From: Bacillota bacterium
GTDB lineage: Bacteria; Bacillota; Sulfobacillia; JAJZYS01; JAJYTV01
Assembly: GCA_021810725.1 (NCBI GenBank)
Contig: JAJZIE010000002.1
Location: 1 to 46,571 of the forward strand
DNA: 46,571 nucleotides
Reading direction: 5' to 3'
The notes below the pieces were generated by a model, which had not been told where the DNA came from, made no database searches, and was given only the letters and a program-made list of their open reading frames with translations. Positions 1 through 8,395 of this stretch are shown here, in pieces (position 1 is the first letter of the stretch; each line of letters opens with the position of its first letter). Made by a program: the position numbers and the translations under genes.

Positions 1-1423
<1,423 letters not shown>

Positions 1424-1440
1424 ACCTCGAGAGGTCTGGC

Positions 1441-1473
1441 CGAGCCCCCGCATTGCGGGGGCTCGGTTGTTTG
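1441..1473 (+). terminator. Rho-independent terminator after groEL
   Basis: Perfect stem CGAGCCCCCGC (1441-1451) / GCGGGGGCTCG (1455-1465) with a 3-nt loop, followed by GTTGTTTG. Confidence 0.7.
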
Positions 1474-1527
1474 CTGGCGCCCCTTTGTGATCGGTATGAT
1501 GGGGGACGAAACTGGGACGAGGAAGGT

Positions 1528-2754
1528 ATGTCCGTGTCCTCTCCGCGAGGGTTCACGATAGAGGAAGCCATGGATCGCTTTACGGCGGGGCTCGAACCGG
1601 TTGCATCGGAAGAAGTGGCGTTGTCGGAAGCACTTGGCCGCGTATTGGCCGAACCTGTGCTGGCAGGACGCCTGGTGCCGGACACCCCGCGGTCGGCCGT
1701 CGACGGCTGGGCCGTGCGGGCGGGCGATACGGAGTCCGCGGCGCCAGACAGGCCGGTACGGCTGCGCATTGTGGGATCGGCTCTCGCAGGGCATCCGTCC
1801 GGCGACGTCTTGGCGCCGGGCGAAGCGGTGCGCATCACCACGGGCGGTGTGGTGCCGGAAGGCGCGGACGCCTCTGAGTTCCAGGAGGTGTGCCGGGTAG
1901 AGGATGGCTTCGTGCTCCTGTCCCGGCCGGTCAGGCTTGGCGCCAACGTCCGCCAGGCAGGCGAGGACATGGCGCCCGGGCAGGAGCTCGTGAGCGGAGG
2001 CCTTCGCCTCCGGCCCGAAAGCCTAGGCCTTCTCGCAACCTTGGCGCAGCAGAGCGTCCGCGTGCGGCGCCGGCTGAGGGTGCGCTTCGTCTCGACTGGA
2101 GACGAGATCTACCGGCTTGGCGAGCCTCTGCCCCCGGGTGGGACCTACGACTCCAACAGCCTGCAGATTGGAGCTCACCTGAGCGCTCTCGGCGCCATCG
2201 TCGAGCTGCGCGGACCGGTCGAGGACTCGGCCGAGGCTATCGCCGATGCGTGCCGCGGTGATGACTACGACATGCTCATCACCTCGGGTGGGGTGTCGGT
2301 GGGGCCGGCGGACCGGATCGGCGAGGTCGGTCGCATGCTCGGGGCTTCGGTCTCATTCCACTGGGCCCGCATGCGGCCGGGGGCACCCACCATGGGTCTG
2401 CGGCTCCACGGTCATCCATGGCTCGGGCTCAGCGGAAACCCACTCTCGGCGCAGGTTGGGTTCGACCTGTTCGGCCGCGCGGCGATTGCCCGCCTGCTTG
2501 GGGCAAGGCCCAGCATCCAGCGCGCCGAGGCGCACCTGATGGAGGAGTTCCGTGGCAAGGCTCCCGACGCCCCGAGACTCCTGCGCGCAAGTCTTGCCCT
2601 CGTGGGTGGCGCGATCGAAGCCCGCGTCCACGCCTACCAATCGTCGGGCGGCGTGCGCGCCATGGCGCAGACGAACGGCTACGTCGTCCAGCCGGAAGGC
2701 GTTTCCGTGCTGCCTGCCGGCCGTCAGGTGACGGCGCTCGTCCTTCTGCCGTGA
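1528..2754 (+). CDS. moeA: Molybdopterin molybdenumtransferase MoeA
   Basis: ORF 1453..2754. An internal ATG at 1528 is preceded by GGAAGG. MoeA-like N-terminus (FTIEEAMDRF...) and the central domain motif SGGVSVG. Confidence 0.85.
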   Translation: MSVSSPRGFTIEEAMDRFTAGLEPVASEEVALSEALGRVLAEPVLAGRLVPDTPRSAVDGWAVRAGDTESAAPDRPVRLRIVGSALAGHPSGDVLAPGEAVRITTGGVVPEGADASEFQEVCRVEDGFVLLSRPVRLGANVRQAGEDMAPGQELVSGGLRLRPESLGLLATLAQQSVRVRRRLRVRFVSTGDEIYRLGEPLPPGGTYDSNSLQIGAHLSALGAIVELRGPVEDSAEAIADACRGDDYDMLITSGGVSVGPADRIGEVGRMLGASVSFHWARMRPGAPTMGLRLHGHPWLGLSGNPLSAQVGFDLFGRAAIARLLGARPSIQRAEAHLMEEFRGKAPDAPRLLRASLALVGGAIEARVHAYQSSGGVRAMAQTNGYVVQPEGVSVLPAGRQVTALVLLP

Positions 2755-2782
2755 ACGGCGCAGGCGCTTGGAGGTCAAGCCG

Positions 2783-3505
2783 TTGAACGATCGACCCATG
2801 CCGCTCGGGGAACATCTGCGCGAGTTGCGCAACCGGCTGATCGTCTACCTGCTCTTTCTCATACCGGTGGGCGTCTACGCCTTCATCAAGGCGCGGCTGA
2901 TCGTGCGCTTCCTTCTCCTGCCCACGCACGGGGCGGTGCACAGCCTGATCGTGCTGAGCCCCACCGAGGGTCTCTATACGTTCATCGAACTGGCCCTGGT
3001 CGCGGCCTTTGTGGTGACGTCACCGATTCTCATCTATGAGATCGCCGCATTCGTCCGGCCGGCGCTCGAACCCTCGGAGCGACACCTCGTGATCGTGTAT
3101 GCGCCGATCGTGCTTCTGCTCTTCGTGGTCGGGCTGGCTTTCGGCTACTTCGTCTTTCTCCCCGTGGTGCTGCATTTCGTCCTCCAGTTCGCGACGGCGC
3201 CGTTCCAGGCGTTCATCAGCCTCGGCAAGTACATCGGCTTCATCGTCAATCTGACGCTGCCGTTCGGACTCATCTTCGAACTGCCCGTCGTGGTCTACGG
3301 CCTGACCCGGGTGGGTATCCTCACCCCGGCCTTCCTGCGCAAGCAGCGGCGGATCGCGATTCTCGTCATCTTCGTGGTCGCCGCGGCCGTGACGCCGCCG
3401 GACGCCTTCTCGATGATGGTCATGGTCGTGCCGATGCTTGTACTCTATGAGGTGTCGATCCTGGTGTCCGAACTCGCCGCCCGCAGACACCCACCCATGG
3501 TATAA
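2783..3505 (+). CDS. tatC: Twin-arginine translocase subunit TatC
   Basis: ORF 2768..3505. TatC N-terminus (PLGEHLRELRNRLI) and six hydrophobic helices. TTG at 2783 lies 8 nt after GGAGG (2770-2774); alternative starts at 2768 and 2798. Confidence 0.88.
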   Translation: MNDRPMPLGEHLRELRNRLIVYLLFLIPVGVYAFIKARLIVRFLLLPTHGAVHSLIVLSPTEGLYTFIELALVAAFVVTSPILIYEIAAFVRPALEPSERHLVIVYAPIVLLLFVVGLAFGYFVFLPVVLHFVLQFATAPFQAFISLGKYIGFIVNLTLPFGLIFELPVVVYGLTRVGILTPAFLRKQRRIAILVIFVVAAAVTPPDAFSMMVMVVPMLVLYEVSILVSELAARRHPPMV

Positions 3506-3506
3506 T
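3498..3506 (+). promoter_or_regulatory. Extended -10 element (TGgTATAAT) for selC
   Basis: TGGTATAAT at 3498-3506 overlaps the tatC stop codon (TAA 3503-3505) and ends 7 nt before the tRNA 5' end (3513). No good -35 was seen. Confidence 0.4.
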
Positions 3507-3512
3507 GCTCGC

Positions 3513-3608
3513 GGGAACAGACGGCCTGCTGGTGCAGCCCCTGGACTTCAAATCCAGCCGGCGGGCTTTACGGTCCGCGGTGGGTTCGATTCCCACCTGC
3601 TCCCGCCA
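3513..3608 (+). tRNA. selC: tRNA-Sec (anticodon UCA), selenocysteine tRNA
   Basis: Folded by hand. 8-bp acceptor stem GGGAACAG/CTGCTCCC with one A.C mismatch. D stem of about 6 bp with a 4-nt loop. Anticodon arm CTGGA-CTTCAAA-TCCAG, identical in sequence to the E. coli selC anticodon arm as I recall it. Long variable arm, 5-bp T stem GTGGG/CCCAC with TTCGATT loop, discriminator G and encoded CCA. Length 96 nt with the 8/5 architecture typical of bacterial tRNA-Sec. Confidence 0.9.
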
Positions 3609-3624
3609 ATTTTCACCGTGGAAC

Positions 3625-3646
3625 GCGGGCGGCATCTGCTGCCCGC
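3625..3646 (+). terminator. Hairpin downstream of selC (weak terminator candidate)
   Basis: GCGGGCGGC-ATCT-GCTGCCCGC, 9 bp including one G.U pair. No clear T-tract follows. Confidence 0.3.
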
Positions 3647-3685
3647 ACCTTCGTGTCTGCGTGCTGTAGGGAGGACCCTGAGGGG

Positions 3686-4321
3686 ATGGAGGAGCCCGTG
3701 CGTCATTCGGCGTGGCGGCTGCTAAGACAATACTTCCTGACCGGCCTCGTGGCGCTTCTGCCGCTCGTCGTCACCCTTTATATAGGGTACAGAATCTTCA
3801 CTATGTTCGACGCCCTTGGTCGCATGCTGGGCGTCACCATTCCTGGGTTCGGCCTTCTGGTCACGCTTGTCCTGATCACGCTCTTCGGGCTGCTTGTGTC
3901 GAACTTCCTCGGCCAGCAGTTCGTCACCCTCTATGAGTGGATCTTCGCGAGGGTGCCAGTGCTGCGCACCGTCTACGACGCGGTGAAGCAGCTCGTCAAC
4001 ACCTTTTCGGACCACAACAGCGGAACGTTCCAGAGCGTTGTGCTCGTCCCGTACGGCGGTGGTAGTGGCCGGTCGTTCGGATTCGTCACGCGCAACCCGA
4101 CCGAGGACGGCAAGGTTGCCGTGTTCGTGCCGTTTTCCCCGCCGACCGGGGGCCTTCTGGTGATCTATGCCCCCGAGGACGTCGAGCAGGTGGACTACTC
4201 TGTGGAGGAGGCCATGAAGATCGTCCTCTCCGGCGGAACCTTGCTGCCGGGGGGCAATGGCAACGGCGCCGGCACCGGCCAGCTGATGGAGCTCGAGAGC
4301 AAGGAGCGTGGGCTTGAGTGA
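3686..4321 (+). CDS. DUF502-family membrane protein
   Basis: ORF 3653..4321, with ATG at 3686 after GAGGGG. Two N-terminal TM helices (LTGLVALLPLVVTLYIGY..; GFGLLVTLVLITLFGLLV), then PVLRTVY..KQL and P.SPPTGG, a pattern typical of COG2928/DUF502. Confidence 0.75.
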   Translation: MEEPVRHSAWRLLRQYFLTGLVALLPLVVTLYIGYRIFTMFDALGRMLGVTIPGFGLLVTLVLITLFGLLVSNFLGQQFVTLYEWIFARVPVLRTVYDAVKQLVNTFSDHNSGTFQSVVLVPYGGGSGRSFGFVTRNPTEDGKVAVFVPFSPPTGGLLVIYAPEDVEQVDYSVEEAMKIVLSGGTLLPGGNGNGAGTGQLMELESKERGLE

Positions 4322-5379
4322 TCACGAGAGAGCAGGTCATGGAGCGGCTCGCAACGGTGATGGATCCGGAGATCCATAAGCCGATCACGGAACTCGGTAT
4401 GGTCAGTGCGGTCGAGGTCGAGGGCGCCGATGTACGTTGCGTCATCAAGCTGACGGTCGCCGGGTGTCCCCTCAGCACGCGCATCGAGGATGACGTGCAG
4501 CGCGCGGTGAAGGCCATTCCCGGCGTCGGTCAGGTGGCGGTGCAGCTCGACGTGATGACGCCGCAGGAGCGCGAGGACCTCGCGAACCGTTTGCGTCCAC
4601 GCCACGTTTCGACCATCACCAAGAAGGATTCCAGCGTCCGCGTCCTGATCTGCGGTTCGGGCAAGGGCGGTGTCGGCAAGTCGACCGTGACGGTGAACGT
4701 GGCCGCCGCGCTGCAGAGCATGGGCAAGGCGGTCGGGGTCCTCGACGCGGACGTCTACGGCTTCTCCGTCTCGCGCATGCTCGCGGCGAGGCAGCAACCC
4801 GTGGTGCTTGGCGATGGCGTGATCGTACCGATCGACGTGCATGACGTGCGCGTGATCTCCATGGGCATGCTGGTCGACGAGAACACCCCCGTGATGTGGC
4901 GGGGACCGATGCTGCACAAGCTGGTGGACCAATTCCTGAACGAGGTTGCCTGGGGCGACCTCGACTACCTCGTCATCGACGCCCCCCCGGGCACCGGCGA
5001 CGTCGCCATCTCGCTCTCACAGGAGCTGCCGCGCGCCAAGGTCCTTCTGGTCACGACGCCGCAGGAGGCGGCCGCTCGTGTCGCAGGGCGCGTCGCCCAG
5101 ATGGCCGGCAAGGTCGGCCAGGACGTCATCGGCATCGTCGAGAACATGGCGTACTTCCGTTGCCCGGATTGTGGGCAAGCCCACGAGATCTTCGGCAAGG
5201 GCGGGGCGCAGCGGCTCGCGCGCGAGCTGCACGTGCCGCTCCTCGGTCATGTGCCGATCGACCCGGCCCTGCCGAGCGGCGGCGACATGGGCGAGCCCAT
5301 CGTCTGGAGCCAGCCCGACGCCGAGGCCGCACGGGTGTTCATGGAGGTTGCGAAGGCGGTGGACCAGTCCGCCTGGTAG
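4318..5379 (+). CDS. mrp: Fe-S cluster carrier ATPase Mrp/ApbC/NBP35 family with N-terminal DUF59 domain
   Basis: GTG at 4318 overlaps the upstream stop (GTGA). DUF59-like N-terminus (VMDPEIHKPITELGMV), deviant Walker A GSGKGGVGKST, and the CPDCG motif (FRCPDCGQAHEIFG). Confidence 0.9.
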   Translation: MITREQVMERLATVMDPEIHKPITELGMVSAVEVEGADVRCVIKLTVAGCPLSTRIEDDVQRAVKAIPGVGQVAVQLDVMTPQEREDLANRLRPRHVSTITKKDSSVRVLICGSGKGGVGKSTVTVNVAAALQSMGKAVGVLDADVYGFSVSRMLAARQQPVVLGDGVIVPIDVHDVRVISMGMLVDENTPVMWRGPMLHKLVDQFLNEVAWGDLDYLVIDAPPGTGDVAISLSQELPRAKVLLVTTPQEAAARVAGRVAQMAGKVGQDVIGIVENMAYFRCPDCGQAHEIFGKGGAQRLARELHVPLLGHVPIDPALPSGGDMGEPIVWSQPDAEAARVFMEVAKAVDQSAW

Positions 5380-5391
5380 ATCGCAGGGGTC

Positions 5392-5423
5392 GACAGGGGC
5401 CGGGCGCAAGCCCGGCCCCTGTC
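5392..5423 (+). terminator. Rho-independent terminator-like hairpin after mrp
   Basis: 14-bp perfect stem GACAGGGGCCGGGC / GCCCGGCCCCTGTC with GCAA loop, followed by GTTCTGGTTC. Confidence 0.6.
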
Positions 5424-5559
5424 GTTCTGGTTCATGCGACCAACCTTGGTTGGGCAGACTGCTGTAAAATGCATGCTAACCTTGGACCTCGGGGGACTCT
5501 GGGCAGGGACGGATGGACTACGGCAGCCGGACCATCCGGACCAACTAGTGTCCGACGGT

Positions 5560-5588
5560 TTGACGCGTACTAGGCCACCAGATAGAAT
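5560..5588 (+). promoter_or_regulatory. Sigma-A-like promoter upstream of the Rieske/cytochrome b operon
   Basis: TTGACG (5560-5565), 17-nt spacer, TAGAAT (5583-5588), inside a 264-bp lower-GC intergenic region, about 55 nt upstream of the Rieske ATG. Confidence 0.45.
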
Positions 5589-5643
5589 TGGTTGCGTATT
5601 TTGGCCTAGTCCTCATGGATCGCTAATTGGGGGGAACCGAGGC

Positions 5644-6165
5644 ATGCGATGCCGGATCTGCGGGCACGAGACAGGCAACGACACAGATCTCTGCCAAGAT
5701 TGCGTCGAACGCGCCTCCGATCGCAAGGAGTTGAGCCGCCGGCGCTTCCTCGGTTGGGGTGCGGTCACGGTGGGGGGGCTCGTGGGGATCGGCTACCTGG
5801 GCGCAGCCCTGCGCCTGCTGTATCCGTCCTCCAGCGGTTCCGCCAAGCTGCAGGACATTGGACCTGTCAGCAATTTTCCGGTCGGGAACTATGTTTTGAC
5901 CTCATACACCGGCGACGGCTATGACGATGGTGTCTATGTGATGAATCAGGGTGGCGGCACGTTCATCGCCCTCGACTTCCACTGCACGCATCTGCAGTGC
6001 CCCGTCCAGTGGTTCCAGTCCCTCGAGAAGTTCATGTGCCCCTGCCATGGTTCGCAGTACAACAAGCTGGGCGAGCACATCGCCGGCCCTGCCCCGCGCG
6101 GCCTTTTCCATCATGAGATCGCGGTCCAGAACGGTCGCGTGATGCTTGGAGGTCAGATCTCGTGA
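5644..6165 (+). CDS. Rieske [2Fe-2S] subunit of a menaquinol:cytochrome c reductase (bc/b6c-type complex)
   Basis: ORF 5434..6165, with ATG at 5644 after GGGGGGA. Rieske boxes CTHLQCP and CPCHGSQY. Twin-arginine motif SRRRFLGW followed by a TM helix. Confidence 0.85.
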   Translation: MRCRICGHETGNDTDLCQDCVERASDRKELSRRRFLGWGAVTVGGLVGIGYLGAALRLLYPSSSGSAKLQDIGPVSNFPVGNYVLTSYTGDGYDDGVYVMNQGGGTFIALDFHCTHLQCPVQWFQSLEKFMCPCHGSQYNKLGEHIAGPAPRGLFHHEIAVQNGRVMLGGQIS

Positions 6166-7562
6166 GTGCGGAGAAGAAGCCCCGGCAGACCGTCCTCGAC
6201 TGGCTCGACGAGCGCGTAGGCATCAAGCCGCAGCTCAACGAACTCCTCTACCACCGCGTTCCCCGCTCGGTGAACCCGCTCGACTTCCTCGGGCTCGCCA
6301 CGCTCTTCGTATTCATCAACCAGGCTGTCACCGGAACGCTCCTGGCCATGTTCTACCAGGCGTCGTCGAAGACGGCCTACCAGAGCATCCAGTACATCAT
6401 GACGAAGGTACCGCTCGGCTGGGTCATCCGCGACCTGCACTACTGGGGCGCGAACGCCATGGTCGTTCTGGTCGCGGCGCACATGCTGCGCGGGTTCTAT
6501 GTGGGAGCGTACAAGAAGCCACGCGAGATCACCTGGATCACCGGCGTGGTCCTGCTCTTCATCACGATCCTCTTCGCGTTCACGGGCTACCTGCTCCCCT
6601 GGGACCAGCAGTCCTACTGGGCGACGATGGTCGGCACGTGGATGCCCTTCTACACCCCGTTCCTCGGCATCTACATCGCCTATCTGGCCCGCGGCGGCGC
6701 CTATATTTCCGGGCTGACGCTGACGCGCTTCTACGCGGTGCACATGCTGGTGCTTCCGGCGCTGCTGCTCATCTTCTTCGGCATCCACTTCGCGATGGTG
6801 CTGAAGAACCAGATGCTCATCGTGGAAGAGGCAGAGGCCAAGCCGAAGGGCACCAAGGGTCTCGTCACCTTCTACCCCTACACGGTGTTCCAGATGACGA
6901 TGCTGGTCGTCGTCGTCGCGGCGATCCTCCTCTTCCTGGCGCTCTCGTTCCACGCGCCGCTCCTGGCACCCGCCGATCCGCTCAACAAAGCGCACTACAC
7001 GCCCGTACCACTCTGGTTCTTCTATTCGATCTACCAGCTGCTCAAATACATTCCGCCCGCGCTGGACCCACTGGGCATCATCGGTCTGCCGCTCGTCGCG
7101 GTGATCGTACTGGTGGGGCTGCCGTTCTTCGACAAGAACCCCCGGCGCGAGCCACGCCGTCGTCCCTTCGCGATGAGCGCCGCCGGCGTGATCGTCGTGG
7201 CGGTTCTGGGTCTGACCTACCTGGGCGCCGAACAGCAGGGCGTGAGCACCTCCGGCGGTGGTACGACCGCCACGACCGTGGTCGCGAAGCCGACGTTCAG
7301 CGCAGACATCGAGCCGATCTTCCAGCAGCATTGCGCGGTCTGCCACGGACCGACCACGAAATCCGGTGGTTTGGACTTGACGTCGTACGCCAGCATTGCA
7401 AGCATGAAGGTGGCGACGCCGACGAACTACAAGCAGGCATTGCTGTGGCAGAAGATCGAGGGCGTGGCCCAGCCGCGGATGCCGCTCGGCGGACCGTACC
7501 TGTCGAAGTCGACAATCCAGACGATCGCCAACTGGATTGCGGAAGGGGCTCCTGACAACTGA
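6162..7562 (+). CDS. Fused cytochrome b6-like / subunit IV-like / mono-heme cytochrome c protein
   Basis: GTG at 6162 overlaps the Rieske stop (GTGA). Cytochrome b histidine pairs (DLHYWGANAMVVLVAAHMLR; YAVHMLV..GIHF). Subunit IV-like region with PLWF in place of PEWY. Extra TM helices, then a C-terminal CAVCHG heme-c motif with PRMPLGG. Confidence 0.9.
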   Translation: MSAEKKPRQTVLDWLDERVGIKPQLNELLYHRVPRSVNPLDFLGLATLFVFINQAVTGTLLAMFYQASSKTAYQSIQYIMTKVPLGWVIRDLHYWGANAMVVLVAAHMLRGFYVGAYKKPREITWITGVVLLFITILFAFTGYLLPWDQQSYWATMVGTWMPFYTPFLGIYIAYLARGGAYISGLTLTRFYAVHMLVLPALLLIFFGIHFAMVLKNQMLIVEEAEAKPKGTKGLVTFYPYTVFQMTMLVVVVAAILLFLALSFHAPLLAPADPLNKAHYTPVPLWFFYSIYQLLKYIPPALDPLGIIGLPLVAVIVLVGLPFFDKNPRREPRRRPFAMSAAGVIVVAVLGLTYLGAEQQGVSTSGGGTTATTVVAKPTFSADIEPIFQQHCAVCHGPTTKSGGLDLTSYASIASMKVATPTNYKQALLWQKIEGVAQPRMPLGGPYLSKSTIQTIANWIAEGAPDN

Positions 7563-7891
7563 TGCACCCTGCGCCGGACGAACCTGAAGAGCACTCCTGC
7601 CATGAGGGGCACGTCCACAGCGGTGTCGAACGTCGCGACAAACTGGATCTCCAGCAGCGCCTGAACCGGATCGAGGGCCAGGTGCGCGGCATCCGCCGCA
7701 TGATCGACGAAGACCGCTACTGCCCTGAAGTGCTGACGCAGATCGCGGCCGTGCGGGCCGCGCTGGATCGGGTCGGTCTGATGCTGCTCGAGGACCATAC
7801 GCGCGGCTGCATCGTCGATGCGGTGCGCGATGGCCATCCGGATGAGGCCATGACGGAGCTCATGGGGGTCCTGCGCAAGTTCCTGCCGTGA
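7562..7891 (+). CDS. CsoR/RcnR-family (DUF156) metal-sensing transcriptional repressor
   Basis: ATG overlaps the upstream stop (TGATG). Has the LQQRLNRIEGQVRGIRRMIDEDRYCPEVLTQIAAVRAAL pattern typical of CsoR, with Cys/His ligand candidates (C54, H79, C83). Confidence 0.85.
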   Translation: MHPAPDEPEEHSCHEGHVHSGVERRDKLDLQQRLNRIEGQVRGIRRMIDEDRYCPEVLTQIAAVRAALDRVGLMLLEDHTRGCIVDAVRDGHPDEAMTELMGVLRKFLP

Positions 7892-7897
7892 GTGATC

Positions 7898-7925
7898 GGG
7901 CCTGCGCCGCATGCGGCGCAGGCCC
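7898..7925 (+). terminator. Perfect 28-nt palindrome between csoR and ccmE (attenuator/terminator candidate)
   Basis: GGGCCTGCGCCG-CATG-CGGCGCAGGCCC, a 12-bp GC-rich stem followed by TTGGGAAT. There is no long T-tract, so it could instead be a protein-binding palindrome. Confidence 0.45.
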
Positions 7926-7966
7926 TTGGGAATCCTAGGACGCACGCGCAAAAGGGGGAGGAGTCG

Positions 7967-8395
7967 ATGCGGCGCAAGACGCGCCTTTGGATCGCGGCCG
8001 GAGTCGTCGTCGCAGCGTTGGCCTTCCTCATGGTCAACGGACTCCGACACTTTACGGAGTATTACCTCACCGTGCCCCAGCTGACGGCTCAGCGTGCCGC
8101 GCTTGGGGCATCCGAGGTGCGCGTGGCGGGAACGGTCATGGGCAAGACGGTTGTCTACGACCCGCAGCGCAACTATCTCAGCTTCCTTATGAAAGGCGGT
8201 GGCCAGACCGTACGGGTCGTGTACCGGGGGGTTGAGCCCGACACCTTCGGCTCACCCGACGTGCAGGCAATCGCGGACGGGCGACTGCAGGCCGATGGCA
8301 CCTTCCTCGCGCAGAACCTGCTGATGAAGTGCCCGTCGCATTACCAGCCCGCCACGCCCGTGCAGGCGGGCGGCAAGCATGCCAAGCAGGGTTAG
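7967..8395 (+). CDS. ccmE: Cytochrome c maturation heme chaperone CcmE, Cys-variant (CxxxY)
   Basis: ORF 7892..8395, with ATG at 7967 after AAAGGGGGAGGAG. N-terminal TM anchor and OB-fold-like body (VRVAGTV...). C-terminal KCPSHY occupies the position where canonical CcmE has KHDENY. Confidence 0.85.
   Translation: MRRKTRLWIAAGVVVAALAFLMVNGLRHFTEYYLTVPQLTAQRAALGASEVRVAGTVMGKTVVYDPQRNYLSFLMKGGGQTVRVVYRGVEPDTFGSPDVQAIADGRLQADGTFLAQNLLMKCPSHYQPATPVQAGGKHAKQG

Noticed and set aside
6146-7555. Plus-strand ORF 6146..7555 (469 aa) and minus-strand ORF 6153..7346
   Set aside because: These are off-frame or antisense to the cytochrome b fusion, whose frame carries the heme-ligand histidines and the CxxCH motif.
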